In this document: piece by piece, positions 26,595-38,400 of the stretch | How the letters are laid out: each line of letters opens with the position of its first letter | How positions within the stretch are numbered: position 1 is the stretch's first letter | Assembly: GCA_964199315.1 (NCBI GenBank) | Contig: OZ116706.1 | Coordinates: forward strand, 27,838,001 to 27,902,000 | Source: Orbicella franksi | Lineage: Eukaryota | Length of the DNA stretch: 64,000 bases | Direction of reading: 5' to 3' | Translations under genes and position numbers: made by a program | Notes under the pieces: model-generated | Database searches by the model: none | Told to the model about the DNA's origin: nothing | What the model saw: only the letters and a program-made list of their open reading frames with translations

Positions 26595-28350
26595 TTTATC
26601 GAAAGTAAACCTAGCTAGAGTTGGCACAAGTTTCAAGTATTATTGTTTCTATTCGTGAACAGGTTAGACTATATGGCAATGCCGTGTGCACTCGCTGTAA
26701 TCTTCTATTAAATGGAAGAAAATTCGAATGCTCTGGTGACCAAATAGACCTCAAAGAGGATTTCACGTACTGCAAAGAGACACTGAACAGTCTAGATAAT
26801 TTATGGTATTAGTTAAAACTAAACCCGTTTATAAATGATAGAAATCATACGACCGGTAATTTCTTAGGTTGATAAAGCACTCTTGAAGCCATAACGAAAA
26901 TTACATCGTGTTTACCAGTTTACTAAGGACTAACCAAAGATATCTTTCTATTTAAGACCGTTGTCATGCTTCAAATTAATTAAAAGCATATTAATAATTT
27001 ATTGACTTTAAATGTTATTATCTAAAATTAAGGTATAACTATTATATAACCGAGAGTTATAAATTTTTATAAGAAAAAAATAACATTATTCAGACAGAGT
27101 TGTATGCTTTAGTTATGAATGAAAGTATGGCATGAAATGCTATTTTTCATTTGATCTGTTGTAGCTAGATTACTAGCAAACCAAATCTATCGCCCACTAA
27201 GTAATACCATTTTGTGTAATATAAGTTGTTGAATGTCACAATGTTTTACCAACTGTCCAACTGTACAAGTTAGACAGTTGTGGATTGTGGAGGTAATTGT
27301 GGAAATACAATGTGTTATTTATTTTAAAAGTATGTCTGACTAGAGACAGCCGCGTTTAATGGGTAGATACTAAACAAAAAACACTACAAATTTTAAAATA
27401 AAAAAACAAAATTGAAACCAAACTTTACTGAGTTTATTTCTTGTACCCCAGACGAGAGAAGGGAGAGTCCATGAAAGCTTATGAGCGTCAACATTTCCCC
27501 TTAATTTTCTTCTTAATCGGCGAAAAACTATAATTGACGGTATTCTCTAACAACAAAAAATTTTCTAAGAAAGCCAGTTGAAAACCGTGCGGTACCGCGT
27601 AGGGTGTTCTATTTCAAATTTTCAAAGTGGCTAAATATTATTCTATTTCTTGGGCTCCATTTTTTAGGTATCTGGAAATAAACGGGATCTAGTTTCCACG
27701 AAGTGGTTTTTATCTTAGGGTTGGGTAAAAATAAACTAGAGTCACCTCTTTAAAAATTGAAAGAGGAGTGTGATACCTTAATTCCAAGGATATTTTCCGA
27801 AATTTCCACTGAAAATCCCATCACGTTTAAACGGGAATACTCTCATCCCCGGAGGAGGAGGAGGCGGTTTTTCCAACTCTGGTTGGCTATCAGTGTCTTT
27901 GGCGCACTTGCTAACGAGAATTGACGAGAATTGACATCATCTGCCAATCAAACACGGAAAAGATCCCTCTTTTACTTCCAAGAAAATTTTGACGACGTTG
28001 AGATTCAATGAGAGTTTGAGCTTCAACGGGCCTCGTTCTCTTTTGCCATTGGTCGGGGTGGAAAGGGGATCCCAAGGGGAGGTGGGTGTGGTGGGGAATA
28101 GCGGGAATCCATCACTGTTCTCAGTTAAAGGACCAGGCTCCAGCAATATGTAATACGCACTCTCCGTGCTTCTTCATTACCAGGCCCGGGGTGGAGGAAG
28201 GGTGAGGAACGAGTCCCCTAGCTCGAGGCCTACCACATTCCAACGCGTAAGGGACAAGGAAATGAGGGAGTCATCAGGTTAATTACGGTATAGAAGTATT
28301 ATAAGAAATGAATAAAAAACAAGAGTTTATATTATAAATTTAAAGTGTTT

Positions 28351-28450
28351 TAAAGCCCCCGCAACACGTCGCAACAAGGTAGCCAAACGCGCGCAACATG
28401 CTGCGCCCAACAATGTGCGTTGAAATGTTGCGATTGTTTGGCCGGGGCTT
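28351..28450. mobile_element. Internally deleted MITE
   Basis: Inverted ends AAAGCCCC...GCAACA and TGTTGCGATTGTTTGGCCGGGGCTT in A/T-rich flanks. Confidence 0.5.
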
Positions 28451-29723
28451 AAAAACTGAACGAAGGGAAGATCGCGGTACAGTTCTAAACAATTTGTCGG
28501 AAGGAAAATTTAAAGTCAATCTTAACTATTCATGTTTTGTTAAATGTCATCGCTTATCTTCGGCTAAAACATAACCGCGAATCCATTCCACCTAGGGTAG
28601 TAAACTACTGAAAACCTTTTTTACAACCTTTCCACCTGAGGGTTGAGTCATATTATTGGGTTCTAAGTTGGGTCGAGCAGTTTTTCTTTTGGCTGAATTT
28701 GTTCAATTTCATTTTCTTTCACTTCGAAATTCTCACACAGTCAGCACATTTGTGAATGTTCTTCAAACGAACAAGGGAGAAGTAGAAAGTAACAAGGAAG
28801 AAATAATCGATTTGCAATTTGATTAAACGCGTTCCGAAAACCTCTCCAGCGTATGAAACAATGTGTAGAGTTCTAAAGACGACTAGGTCTGAAATAGGAT
28901 AGAGATTTAATCCAGAGGCTCTGTCTGAAATATGACGAATGAAATATGATTCGTTTAATTTCTCTCTAAGGGGTTTGTTTTGTGTCGTTATTCTCTTAAT
29001 GATTCCTTCGCTTTTTAACGTTCTTCGGTTTGTGCTCCCCCCCCCCCCCCCCCGCACTCCTCATTGAAATGGCCCAAAGCTCCTTGTGGTTGAACAGCTC
29101 ACTTCAGGAATTCCAAGAGTATGATTTACCAAATAAGTTAAAAGAGTTTCTGGATTGAACTTTGTTACCTTCCATAATTACAAAAAACTTCTCTAAAACT
29201 GCGCAATATGTCTGGGAAATCAAATGGTGACGACGAGTAAAATCAGGAAATAATTTCAAGCGCGTTTTGGAAAGAAATCTAATAATTTTCCGAGCCCTCA
29301 TTTTTTAATTTCACGAGTATACCATTTGATTTCCTTTTAATATCATGGATGACAAGTCATGCTTACAATCCTGGGTTTTTGACTTGTTTATTGTATCGAG
29401 AAATTTCGCGCCAAAAGTAATTTCACAAAATAATTTTGTTATTTCACATGTGAAATTATAAATTTTAAAAATGTTGAAATTTCGCGCCAAAATTAAGAAG
29501 TAATTTGTCACCCATGATATTACATAACACTGCTAATTTATCTCAGAAACAATCGATATTGACAATTCATAACAATAAACGCCATCCTGAACGTAAGGTT
29601 ATGCATATAATGGGTTCTCTTTCATTAGACCTTGAAATGACTACGAACAAATAGAACGCAAACATTAACGCAATAAACAAACGAATGAAAACGAAACAAA
29701 CGCGCCCGGGGTTTGGTTGGCCT

Positions 29724-29782
29724 CAACCTCGTCCCCAGGGCCTTCTCCTCGACGATTTTCGAAGGCCCTGGGGACGAGATCG
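29724..29782. mobile_element. 59-bp minimal hairpin MITE with 10-bp target-site duplication
   Basis: Perfect 18-bp inverted repeat CTCGTCCCCAGGGCCTTC (29728-29745 / 29761-29778); TGGTTGGCCT repeated directly on both flanks (29714-29723, 29783-29792). Confidence 0.8.
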
Positions 29783-30411
29783 TGGTTGGCCTCGCAAGCT
29801 CGAACGCGCAAGCCGATATACAAATGTTGCGATGACGTTGCTGGATTTCAACGATCGTGATTGGTCCATTGAAAGATGCATTCTCCATCATATGGAAATC
29901 TAAAAGGGAAAACGCACTAAAACGAAAATACATTTTCAATGTCAAATGAAAATCGCTCTAACTTCTTTTCTTGACGCTTTGTCTAATAACCTACAAACTT
30001 TTCAACTAAACAACGCTTTAGAAAATGTTTGCCTATACCGGATTCAAGTAATTTAAATCAACAAATCGGCAACTGAAGAATACGATTGACGATTTTTTAG
30101 CTAGATAAGACTTGAGCGTTGTAAAACCTTGTTGCAGCTAGAACTGTGGGTTTTGAAGATTTGTTACGATTTGCATTTGAAACTTTTTGTGCTTTGTTAA
30201 AGCAAGTTGCTTGACCTATGTTGGAAAAGACATGACGTCATTATCATAAAAATTCAGTGAAAAGATATGACGTCGAAGGCGCGAAACCAAAGATTCTTCA
30301 ATTTCAGTTATCCTTTTATGACTGGCTGTTTTAGCTTTGCTAAGATGACTTTGTACTGTTAAAAATCAAACCACTTTATATAGAGATAGAAAAACGTTAT
30401 TATCCCTCATT

Positions 30412-32204
30412 CTAGTGTGACTGTTTCTCTTTCTTTTTCCCTCGCGAGAAAAGCCCGCCAAATTTACGCGACGATTTCTTGTCTGCACCGTGTTCATCAG
30501 TTGATTGCTCATCACTTTTTTTCTCACTGCGTTCTTTTTTCTTCTTTTTCTTCTCCTTCTTCTCCGTGTTGTGATTCTCCCTGAAGTCAAACTCTTCGTG
30601 AGCCATTCTATTATCAGATTCCGACGAATAAGTAGTATCTTTTTGTTCTTTGTCAACTTTATACTTGCGTTTACTCCCGAACATTTTGGAAAATCCGCGC
30701 GCCATAAAAGATTTGTTCCTCTTTACCTTGGTCGCCTGGGCGCCAGAAGGATGTAAAAATGTACTGTTTGACTCTTGGTCTTCCATCAGAGGGCTTAATG
30801 GACTCAATGGACGGAGGCCGCTGAGATCCGACTCGCTTGTTCTTCGTGGTTCAACTTCCTCAGTGTGTTCTTCTCCACTTTCACTCAGTTCTTCCAAAGG
30901 ATGTTCACGATTTCTATCGACGCTTAACTTGTCGCTTTGGTCGATAGTCACAGTTGGTAAGACTAGTGCTTGTTTGTCCTTTATCTCGCTTTGTTTGTCC
31001 TCTTGTTTATGTTCGGTTCTTTTATTACTGTTATTATTTCTCTTTTGTTCACTTCTTTCCCTTGATCCCTGGTCCCCTCCTTGTGGAAGCTGAAGAATCC
31101 ACGGATTGTCATCCTCCACCTCAAGTGATTTTTTGATGCTTTGTGATTGGTTCGCAACTTCAGTTTTCCCACCATTTTCGGACAGCGCTGTATTTTGCAG
31201 AGCTTGAGGTCTTTCCGCCGAAATTTTTCCGCTTTTCTTTGGTTTGCGTTCTTGCGAACCTTCTAGACGAATTAACTTTGGATCATTTCTTACTTCCGGC
31301 CGATTAAAAGCTACAGGAATATCTGATAATTCTAATGAAGTCTTTATTTTACGATTGGAATCGTCAACTTGTGTAGCTGATGTTGAACTCGTTTCAGTCT
31401 TTTCGCGGTCATTTTGTTTCGTTGTTGATTTTGACTCAAATGTGTTTAAGTCTCTTTCCTTATCCTCAATCTCCACAGGCAATAAGCTAGAGACCTGATC
31501 ATTGAGTCTTTCCTCTTGCTTATAACCATTTTCACGCTGCCCAGTATTATCTTCATTGGGTGAACTACAAGAATCGTTTATTACAGTATCATCGTCGCCT
31601 TCCTTAGCGAACGCCACCTTCTGTTTTGGTGCAACTAAACTATAGCCTTCTTTGACAGTCACCAGCTCAGGTTTTGAATCAACCTGTGCTTTCTCAGGTG
31701 TTTCTGTGGGCGACAGGTCCTCGTGAACTCCATTAACCATTACCAGTTCACCATTCTTGTCAGAAAAGCGTCTGTCGGTTTTATCCACATTGGGTGAGTC
31801 CCACGAAGATTCAATTGCCTTTTCCTTTTTGTCTAATTCCTCTTTAGCTTGAATTGCAAATTTATCTTCGTTTAATACATTTTTATGTACTGCAGAAGGT
31901 ATTTCTCCGTCTTCCTCTGTTTTAGAGGTATATTCTGTAGCTGATTCGCCTGGTTCTTGCTTCTTAGTTTTATGCATTTCCTCTGACGTGTTAACTGTGG
32001 GTGATTTTATTTCCTCAGCAGGTACCATACTACGTTTCTCAGATATTTCTTCGCTCTTTTCAGCCTTCTCTTCTCTCTGGTGCGTTTTATTCTCGACTTT
32101 ATTTCCTTCGCTGACAAACACGTCATCTATCATATCTGCTCCTGGCGTGCCACTGCCATTTTCATCTTGTTCAGCCACATCTGGCATGACGAACACCTTT
32201 CCGC
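30412..32204 (-). CDS. Large single exon encoding a charged (E/K/S/D-rich), probably disordered 590-600 aa polypeptide with a basic C-terminus; either a separate gene (ATG 32187) or an alternative last exon of the formin
   Basis: 619-codon stop-free ORF with strong compositional bias. Polypyrimidine acceptor TTTTGGTTATTTTTAG|G at 32205/32204, 17 nt before ATG 32187. No recognisable folded domain; basic motifs KVKRNKSFMARGFSKMFGSKRKYKV and RKFGGLFSRGKKKEK. Confidence 0.7.
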
Positions 32205-32786
32205 CTAAAAATAACCAAAAGATCACTTTAACAACGAAACGTGACTCTGTTAATATAAATTTTTTTGGCATTTCAAGTGGATATTATGGTTTGAAAAGTC
32301 AACCGGAAATTGACCCTTCGTGTCGAGACTGGTCGGAAATAGCCACGAATGCGTGGGCTTTGAAATTAATCACGTGACTGTAGCCTCGTTTCCATGAGTA
32401 AAAAATTACAAGGGGGTCACCGGTACTACTCCAAAATTCTGTCAAAATAATCGCTATTTGCTACTCCTTGGGTGCGTGTGATGCGGACGTGAAAAGTGGA
32501 ATATTTTTCATATCAAGTCATTTGAATCAATGCTCCTCTATTCAAACTATAACGCACTACTACAAGTGATATTTCAGTGAAACGTTCATAGCAATTTGTA
32601 GTCTATAATTTATAACTAAAACATCGAGTTTGTAAGTCTCTTGGAATCTTCGCTGGGATTTAATGTCATTTAAGAAGACAAACATTGCTGCTATGTAAAA
32701 GCTCGTGACATTGAGTAGATAAAGGTCGAAGTATTTTATATCACGTTGAGGAAAAAACACTTATGTTGATAAACATGTTTAAACTC

Positions 32787-32864
32787 GAGCAATCGTCTGT
32801 TTACACATTTAATTAAGTTAAACAAGAGCAATCGCCTGTTTAAACATTTTAATTAAGTTAAACA
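32787..32864. repeat. Tandem duplication, 2 x about 39 bp
   Basis: GAGCAATCGTCTGTTTACACATTTAATTAAGTTAAACAA followed by GAGCAATCGCCTGTTTAAACATTTTAATTAAGTTAAACA. Confidence 0.85.
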
Positions 32865-35456
32865 GATTCGTCAAAGGGAAACAATCAACCGAGAGTTAAA
32901 CAATATCAGTCTCCTACTGAATTGTTTGACCATCAGTTTTGAACGCTTGTTAAAATAACAAACATAGCCAAATTTACACGGATTAAACATACTGAAAAGG
33001 TTTTTTAACTGAAAGCTTTCAGCTTCTTCAGCTTTCAGCTTCTGCACAAAAAGAAACGAAAACCTTAAACCCGCGCCATGCAGATGAACAGAGCTACTGA
33101 ACAGGAAAAAAAATGTAAACACTTGAAACTTAATAACCGCAGGCCATATTCTGGATATCTGGAGTATTTGTAACTGTGATTTAAAGAACACAAGCTTTAT
33201 TTTGACTGCAGGAACATCCAAACTGACTATTTTTAAAGACAGTGACAAAAATAATTGCTACACGAAATTTTATCTGAACTAACCTAGTCAGAAGACTCAA
33301 TACTTCATATCTCATTCTGTATTCGCTCTAGTGGCCCTGGAATTTATGTTAATTTTTTCTAGAAAATATTTTTTGTGCCCTTTTAAAGGAGATATCATAG
33401 TCTTCACTGCTGTAAATACTTGACGAGATATTAAATAAAGAATATGATGTGGTCAATTTTGCCTTTCTTTTCGTGATGAAAAAGAAATCAATACTTCATT
33501 TTGGTTGTCACGGCATGAGTTTTGTTTCGTTTTGTTGGCCAGCCTCTCTGAATAGTGACGACAGCCAATGTCTGCATAAAAGAGGTTATACAGAGAATGC
33601 TATTAAAAGAACCTTTCTTTTGATTCTATTTTCGACTTAAGGCAACAAAAGAGTGTTCATTATTTGTAGGAGAGGGACTGCTACAGTGAAGGGGGGTGGG
33701 TGGGGAGGTGAAAGGTTTTAACTCAGTGTAGGGGTAGGGCGTCACAGAAAGGGTTTTAGCCAACAGCTTAACAACATGAAAGAGAAACGTTTGGCATTTA
33801 TAGGTCATAGCATCAGAAACGAAAACAAGTGTAGAATCGTCTTAAATGTAGATGCGTTTCCATCCTTAAATTAAGAATACTGCAATTGCAAAAGTTCACA
33901 GAGGTAAGTCTCCGGATACTGTCACTGTAACCCTGCCTGCCACTCGTAATTAACACTCTGCCACATGATGACCAAAGCTTACAAAGTCACGTGCTTAACA
34001 CATGTTGACACATGGATGAACAAGTCAAGAGGCGTGGTGATTCTTTGATATCAAATGACACACCAATTTCACCATGAGCAACCTGTTCCTAACACGGAGT
34101 GGGAAGTGGGTAATAGAACTCTCTGTTGGACGTTGAATTAGAAATGAACCAAACCGCTTAGCACGCAACTCACCACTGGCACGATGCACATCATACGTGC
34201 AGCCAGTCTTAGTCCTACGTTTTCGTCCTGAATTGTATGTTTTCCTTAACTATTGTCCCACAAAAGCAACTCAAAGTGCAGGGGTGTATACATATGCATA
34301 TAGATTAATGACGGAAGATGGTGGGGTGGGAGGAGCTGGGGGGGGGGGGTTTCAAAAACTGTCCGTTGTTACAGAGGGGAGGAAGGGAAGGTTTGCTTTC
34401 GTCCTAAAATTTAATTCCCAATTTTCATATTTACCAGCCACTTTGCCCGTAAATAATGAACACTTTCTAACTATGTTCTCAAACTAAAGCAACCCTCTAA
34501 AATTTTATTCAAAAATACACATTTATGAAGCCAAAAAAATAAATCAAAATAGGGGCTGCGACAGAAAAGGTTACAATAAATAAAACAAATTAAGGCATAA
34601 ATATTACTTTATCATCCAACAGATTGTAAACCACGAATATAAGAAAATTTTACGAGCAAGCAACTTCGTTCTTGCGTCAGCATTGCTATATACCCTCTTT
34701 GGCAGCTGATGATTGGGTCTTAAAGTCACAACAAAAAAAGAATGTAAAAGAGACTTAGGCCATGGTGAAATCAAATTCACAAAGCCTTCTCTTTTACCAG
34801 AAAGAAATTATTTTCCAGCAACAAAATTCAACAATGAACAGACAGGATTAACACCGGATAATTTCACATTAAGCTTTCTTTTAAAGTCCAACTTTCTAGA
34901 CAAGAAATTTATTACGTATACAGTAATTAAAAAACTATAAGCTCATCTTAGAAAAAATAGACTCAAAGCGAGCAACATTTTAAATTGTAGTTTTTCCTAG
35001 AAAAATATATTCAGCGCGCATTGGAAGCGTCGATAAAAGAACTAATTTGAATTTCCTGATGTTTTAAATTGGGCTACAACAGATTGAATGTTTGTGGTTT
35101 TGTTGGATTAATTTTTTTATTGAGCAAAACTTTACGAAATTTTCGTCATCTTTCAGTAGAAATACCCTTGGTTCTTTTAATGCACCGGATTCCTAAATTA
35201 TGTGTCTTTAGAGTTGTCCTTTCAAGAGACTTTAGAGTTTCTATTTCTCTCTGTTTTTTTTTTTTTTTTTTTCTTCCTTTTTTTAATCCAGCCTGGTTGG
35301 TACGGTCGGAATTGGCCAAGTAGTCACAAACAATGCTTGAAAGAAAAATACTTTTAAATTCTTTTTCGAATCTGGAAACAAATTGACTGTTTGACTTGAC
35401 AAACGCAAGTACAACAAGCAAGTGCACATTTTAATTATTCTACATATACTAACAAT

Positions 35457-38400
35457 CTATTTGACGGGAAGGGAAGGCCCCTCGAGATTTCTTTTCAACA
35501 CTATCTCATTCTCCTTTTCTTCGATTTTGTGCATCCTTGCTGGGCTCGAGCTCTTTCGAAAGTCGTCCTTTGCTCTTTTAGCATTACCTCCTTCATCGCG
35601 GCTCAATTTTGCCCTGGGGGATGCTGATTTACACCCGCCGGGTGTTGTACTCTTGGAGCTCTTCCGCAGGGGGAATCCTTTCCTTATGTCGCTGAGTAGT
35701 CGGTCGACAATGCAGCCTTCTTGTTCCTCGTCAAGGGGCCGTGGTTTGCCTTTCTTTACTCCTGCTAAGCCTGCCTTAGCGTTTCTTGCTGCCTCCTCCT
35801 CTCGTTTTTTCTCACGTGCTTTGCGTTTCTCTTCTTGGATACGAAACTGTTCGTTTTCCTGAGATGAGGAAGATGAAGTAGTGATAAGCAATGCCTACTG
35901 CCGTTCTAATTTTGAAGGCCTGTTGTTACCAGGAGTTGCACACTTATTTCCATCACGCGCGAGTTACAGCTGAGATTAACACCAAAAAGTTCTTACAGAC
36001 GATATAGAAATTACATGGATCTGAGTAGCATTTCTGTTTGACCGTTATCAAATTAAATACGTCTGCCCTGATGTTGATCATGAATTTTGTCGTAACATTG
36101 TTTTGTCATCGTCGCACGTTCTGTGATGGGGGAAAAAATCTGGTTCCCCTAAATACGAGTTCGAGTTCGAGTTCGAGTGCATCAAACCACTTTTTGCTGA
36201 TAACATATAATTCTTTTAATTCAACATCTATGATTACCTTCTTTGCTTTCACCAGCTGATCACAGAAAGTCTTAAACAGCGACAGAAGCTCCTGCAGTTT
36301 TAGCTTGCCTTCGTCCTCACAGAAATACAAAGCCAGCTGTTTCGTCAGGTTGTGGATTTCGGCAATGCCTTCGTCGAGCTTCTTCGTCTTTTCCAAAGCA
36401 CCCTGGCAAATAAACAAAATGTTATCAGCAAAGAAAGAATATAAATAGCCATATATCGATTTAAGGGTAGCTTTACAAACAGCACACCTGGTTGGTAATT
36501 GCGTACCGAAAGAAATCACTTAAATTTATGGTTGATTTATACCTCAATGAATTCAGAAAACTGTTTTACGATGTCCTTCGGTCCGGTTTTCATGGCTTTT
36601 TCAAGTTCATTGAGTTTGGACTTTAGTGTCTTCACTTCTTCAGTGATGTTGTCCACAGATAGCCTAAAATTAAATAAACAGCAATGTCAACGTTTCAATT
36701 TTTTTTTTCATTTCGCCTGCAAGCTTGATTACCAGCCACTGTTACGGGAAATGAGCCCGCGTGCACTCCGCTCTTCTCAAGGAACGCGATCGGACCCGAC
36801 AGAGCGGCGGACATCAAGCCTTATTAACCTGTGAAGGACAGAAATCTTACTGTGCTTCTTTTAACACTAGCTATTCTCAGTGAAATGGGAACTTTTAGTC
36901 ATTTACATAAAGAAGTATGCTTGTATGTCTATAACGGCTGATGTGTAACAAGGAGAAACAGCACTCACTTTACAGCTTTGTCTAGATGTTTCATGTCATC
37001 TGGAAATTGCAATACCTTCTCTCGTTTCTCTTCGGCAACCTGAAATTTGAAGATTATTCATCAGAGGACATTTTCTTATCGTGGAGTACAGTTTCCGACT
37101 AAGCCACGAAATAACTAACTTTTTGCGTTGGGTTTTCGTCTAGTCACTTTCAAAATGAATAAAATACTCTTAAAATACTCCTAACCAATCAGAGCAATAC
37201 ACTGTTGTTTATTGATCAATCATGACTTCGCTCAGGCGTGCTTTCCCGCGCTTGCCAACCGTACTATTTCCCCACCCTTGGCTGGCACTGGTTGCAATTT
37301 TTCCCGCGCTTGACACTGGCGACATGTTTTCCCGTCCTTGGCACCGATTACACGGTTGCTTCAAGTTCTGACTGCACCTTTCTTTATTTGCATTTGCTGT
37401 TATTACTTTATTACAATGACAGTCGCTACTACTATAACTATCTCAGAAAACTGCAAACTTACGTGAACTAAGAAGTGCATGAGGTTCATGCGTGGTTTGT
37501 TAGCTCTCGTATCCACGATCTTCAGAAGCGAGTTGATCTTAAAGGCAACAGCGTTTCCTGCGTAACCACCCTGTGTCGTAAAAACAAGAAACAAGATACT
37601 AAGTACTCCTGTGGCTTTCTACTAACGCAAAGGACCGAGGGAGTCACAGATATGAAAACGATAATAGATCAAGCATACTTACAGAGTTTAAGAAATTACC
37701 GATGATTAAAATCAACTGAAGGACTTCTGGTAGAATTTCACTTTTCAGGATATCTAGAAAATATGAGGAACAAGAAACTTTCAAAACCAATATCATAATT
37801 ATGAATGCAAATTTTAAAGAGAGAGTTTACAGGGAATTTTCTCTAGAAACGGTGAGAGATAGAGGAAGGGTTTCTTCAATCTGTAGAATTAAAACTTGGT
37901 AAATATAAGTTAAAAAGGATTCAAGCCGAACTTGAAATATTTTTTAACTTCTTTTACTTCTTTGAACAAAACCACGAAGATAATTCGTGACAATCGATAA
38001 CTTGTTCATCTCAGCTAAGATTTCTTGATTTAAAATCATGTTCTCGGGGCCGTGGCCAAAAAAATAACGACTGAGGCAATGTGCTCGGTAAACAATGATT
38101 CTCTTCCTGGGCATTTTGCAGTGATTTACTTTTCCCTCCAAAAAAGATACAGCAGAAACGAAAAACAATGACTGAGGCAAGTGCCTCGGTTTGCCTCATA
38201 CTCACTACGGACCTATTTCTCTCAATTAAATGAGAGAAAAAATATGAAAACCTTGGGAGAATTAAGCGCAGATCTCTGGGTATCTGCTAACAGTGTACAC
38301 ACCTTCTATCGCTCCCTTTAATGCTTCAATACTCGGTTCGATGGTTTCCAGTGTTATCTGGAATTCCTCCTTTTGTAACATGGCTTCAAGGCGAAGGCTG

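Noticed and set aside
30366-32377. Antisense and alternative-frame ORFs over the 619-aa ORF
   Set aside because: Shadow ORFs of a compositionally biased coding exon.
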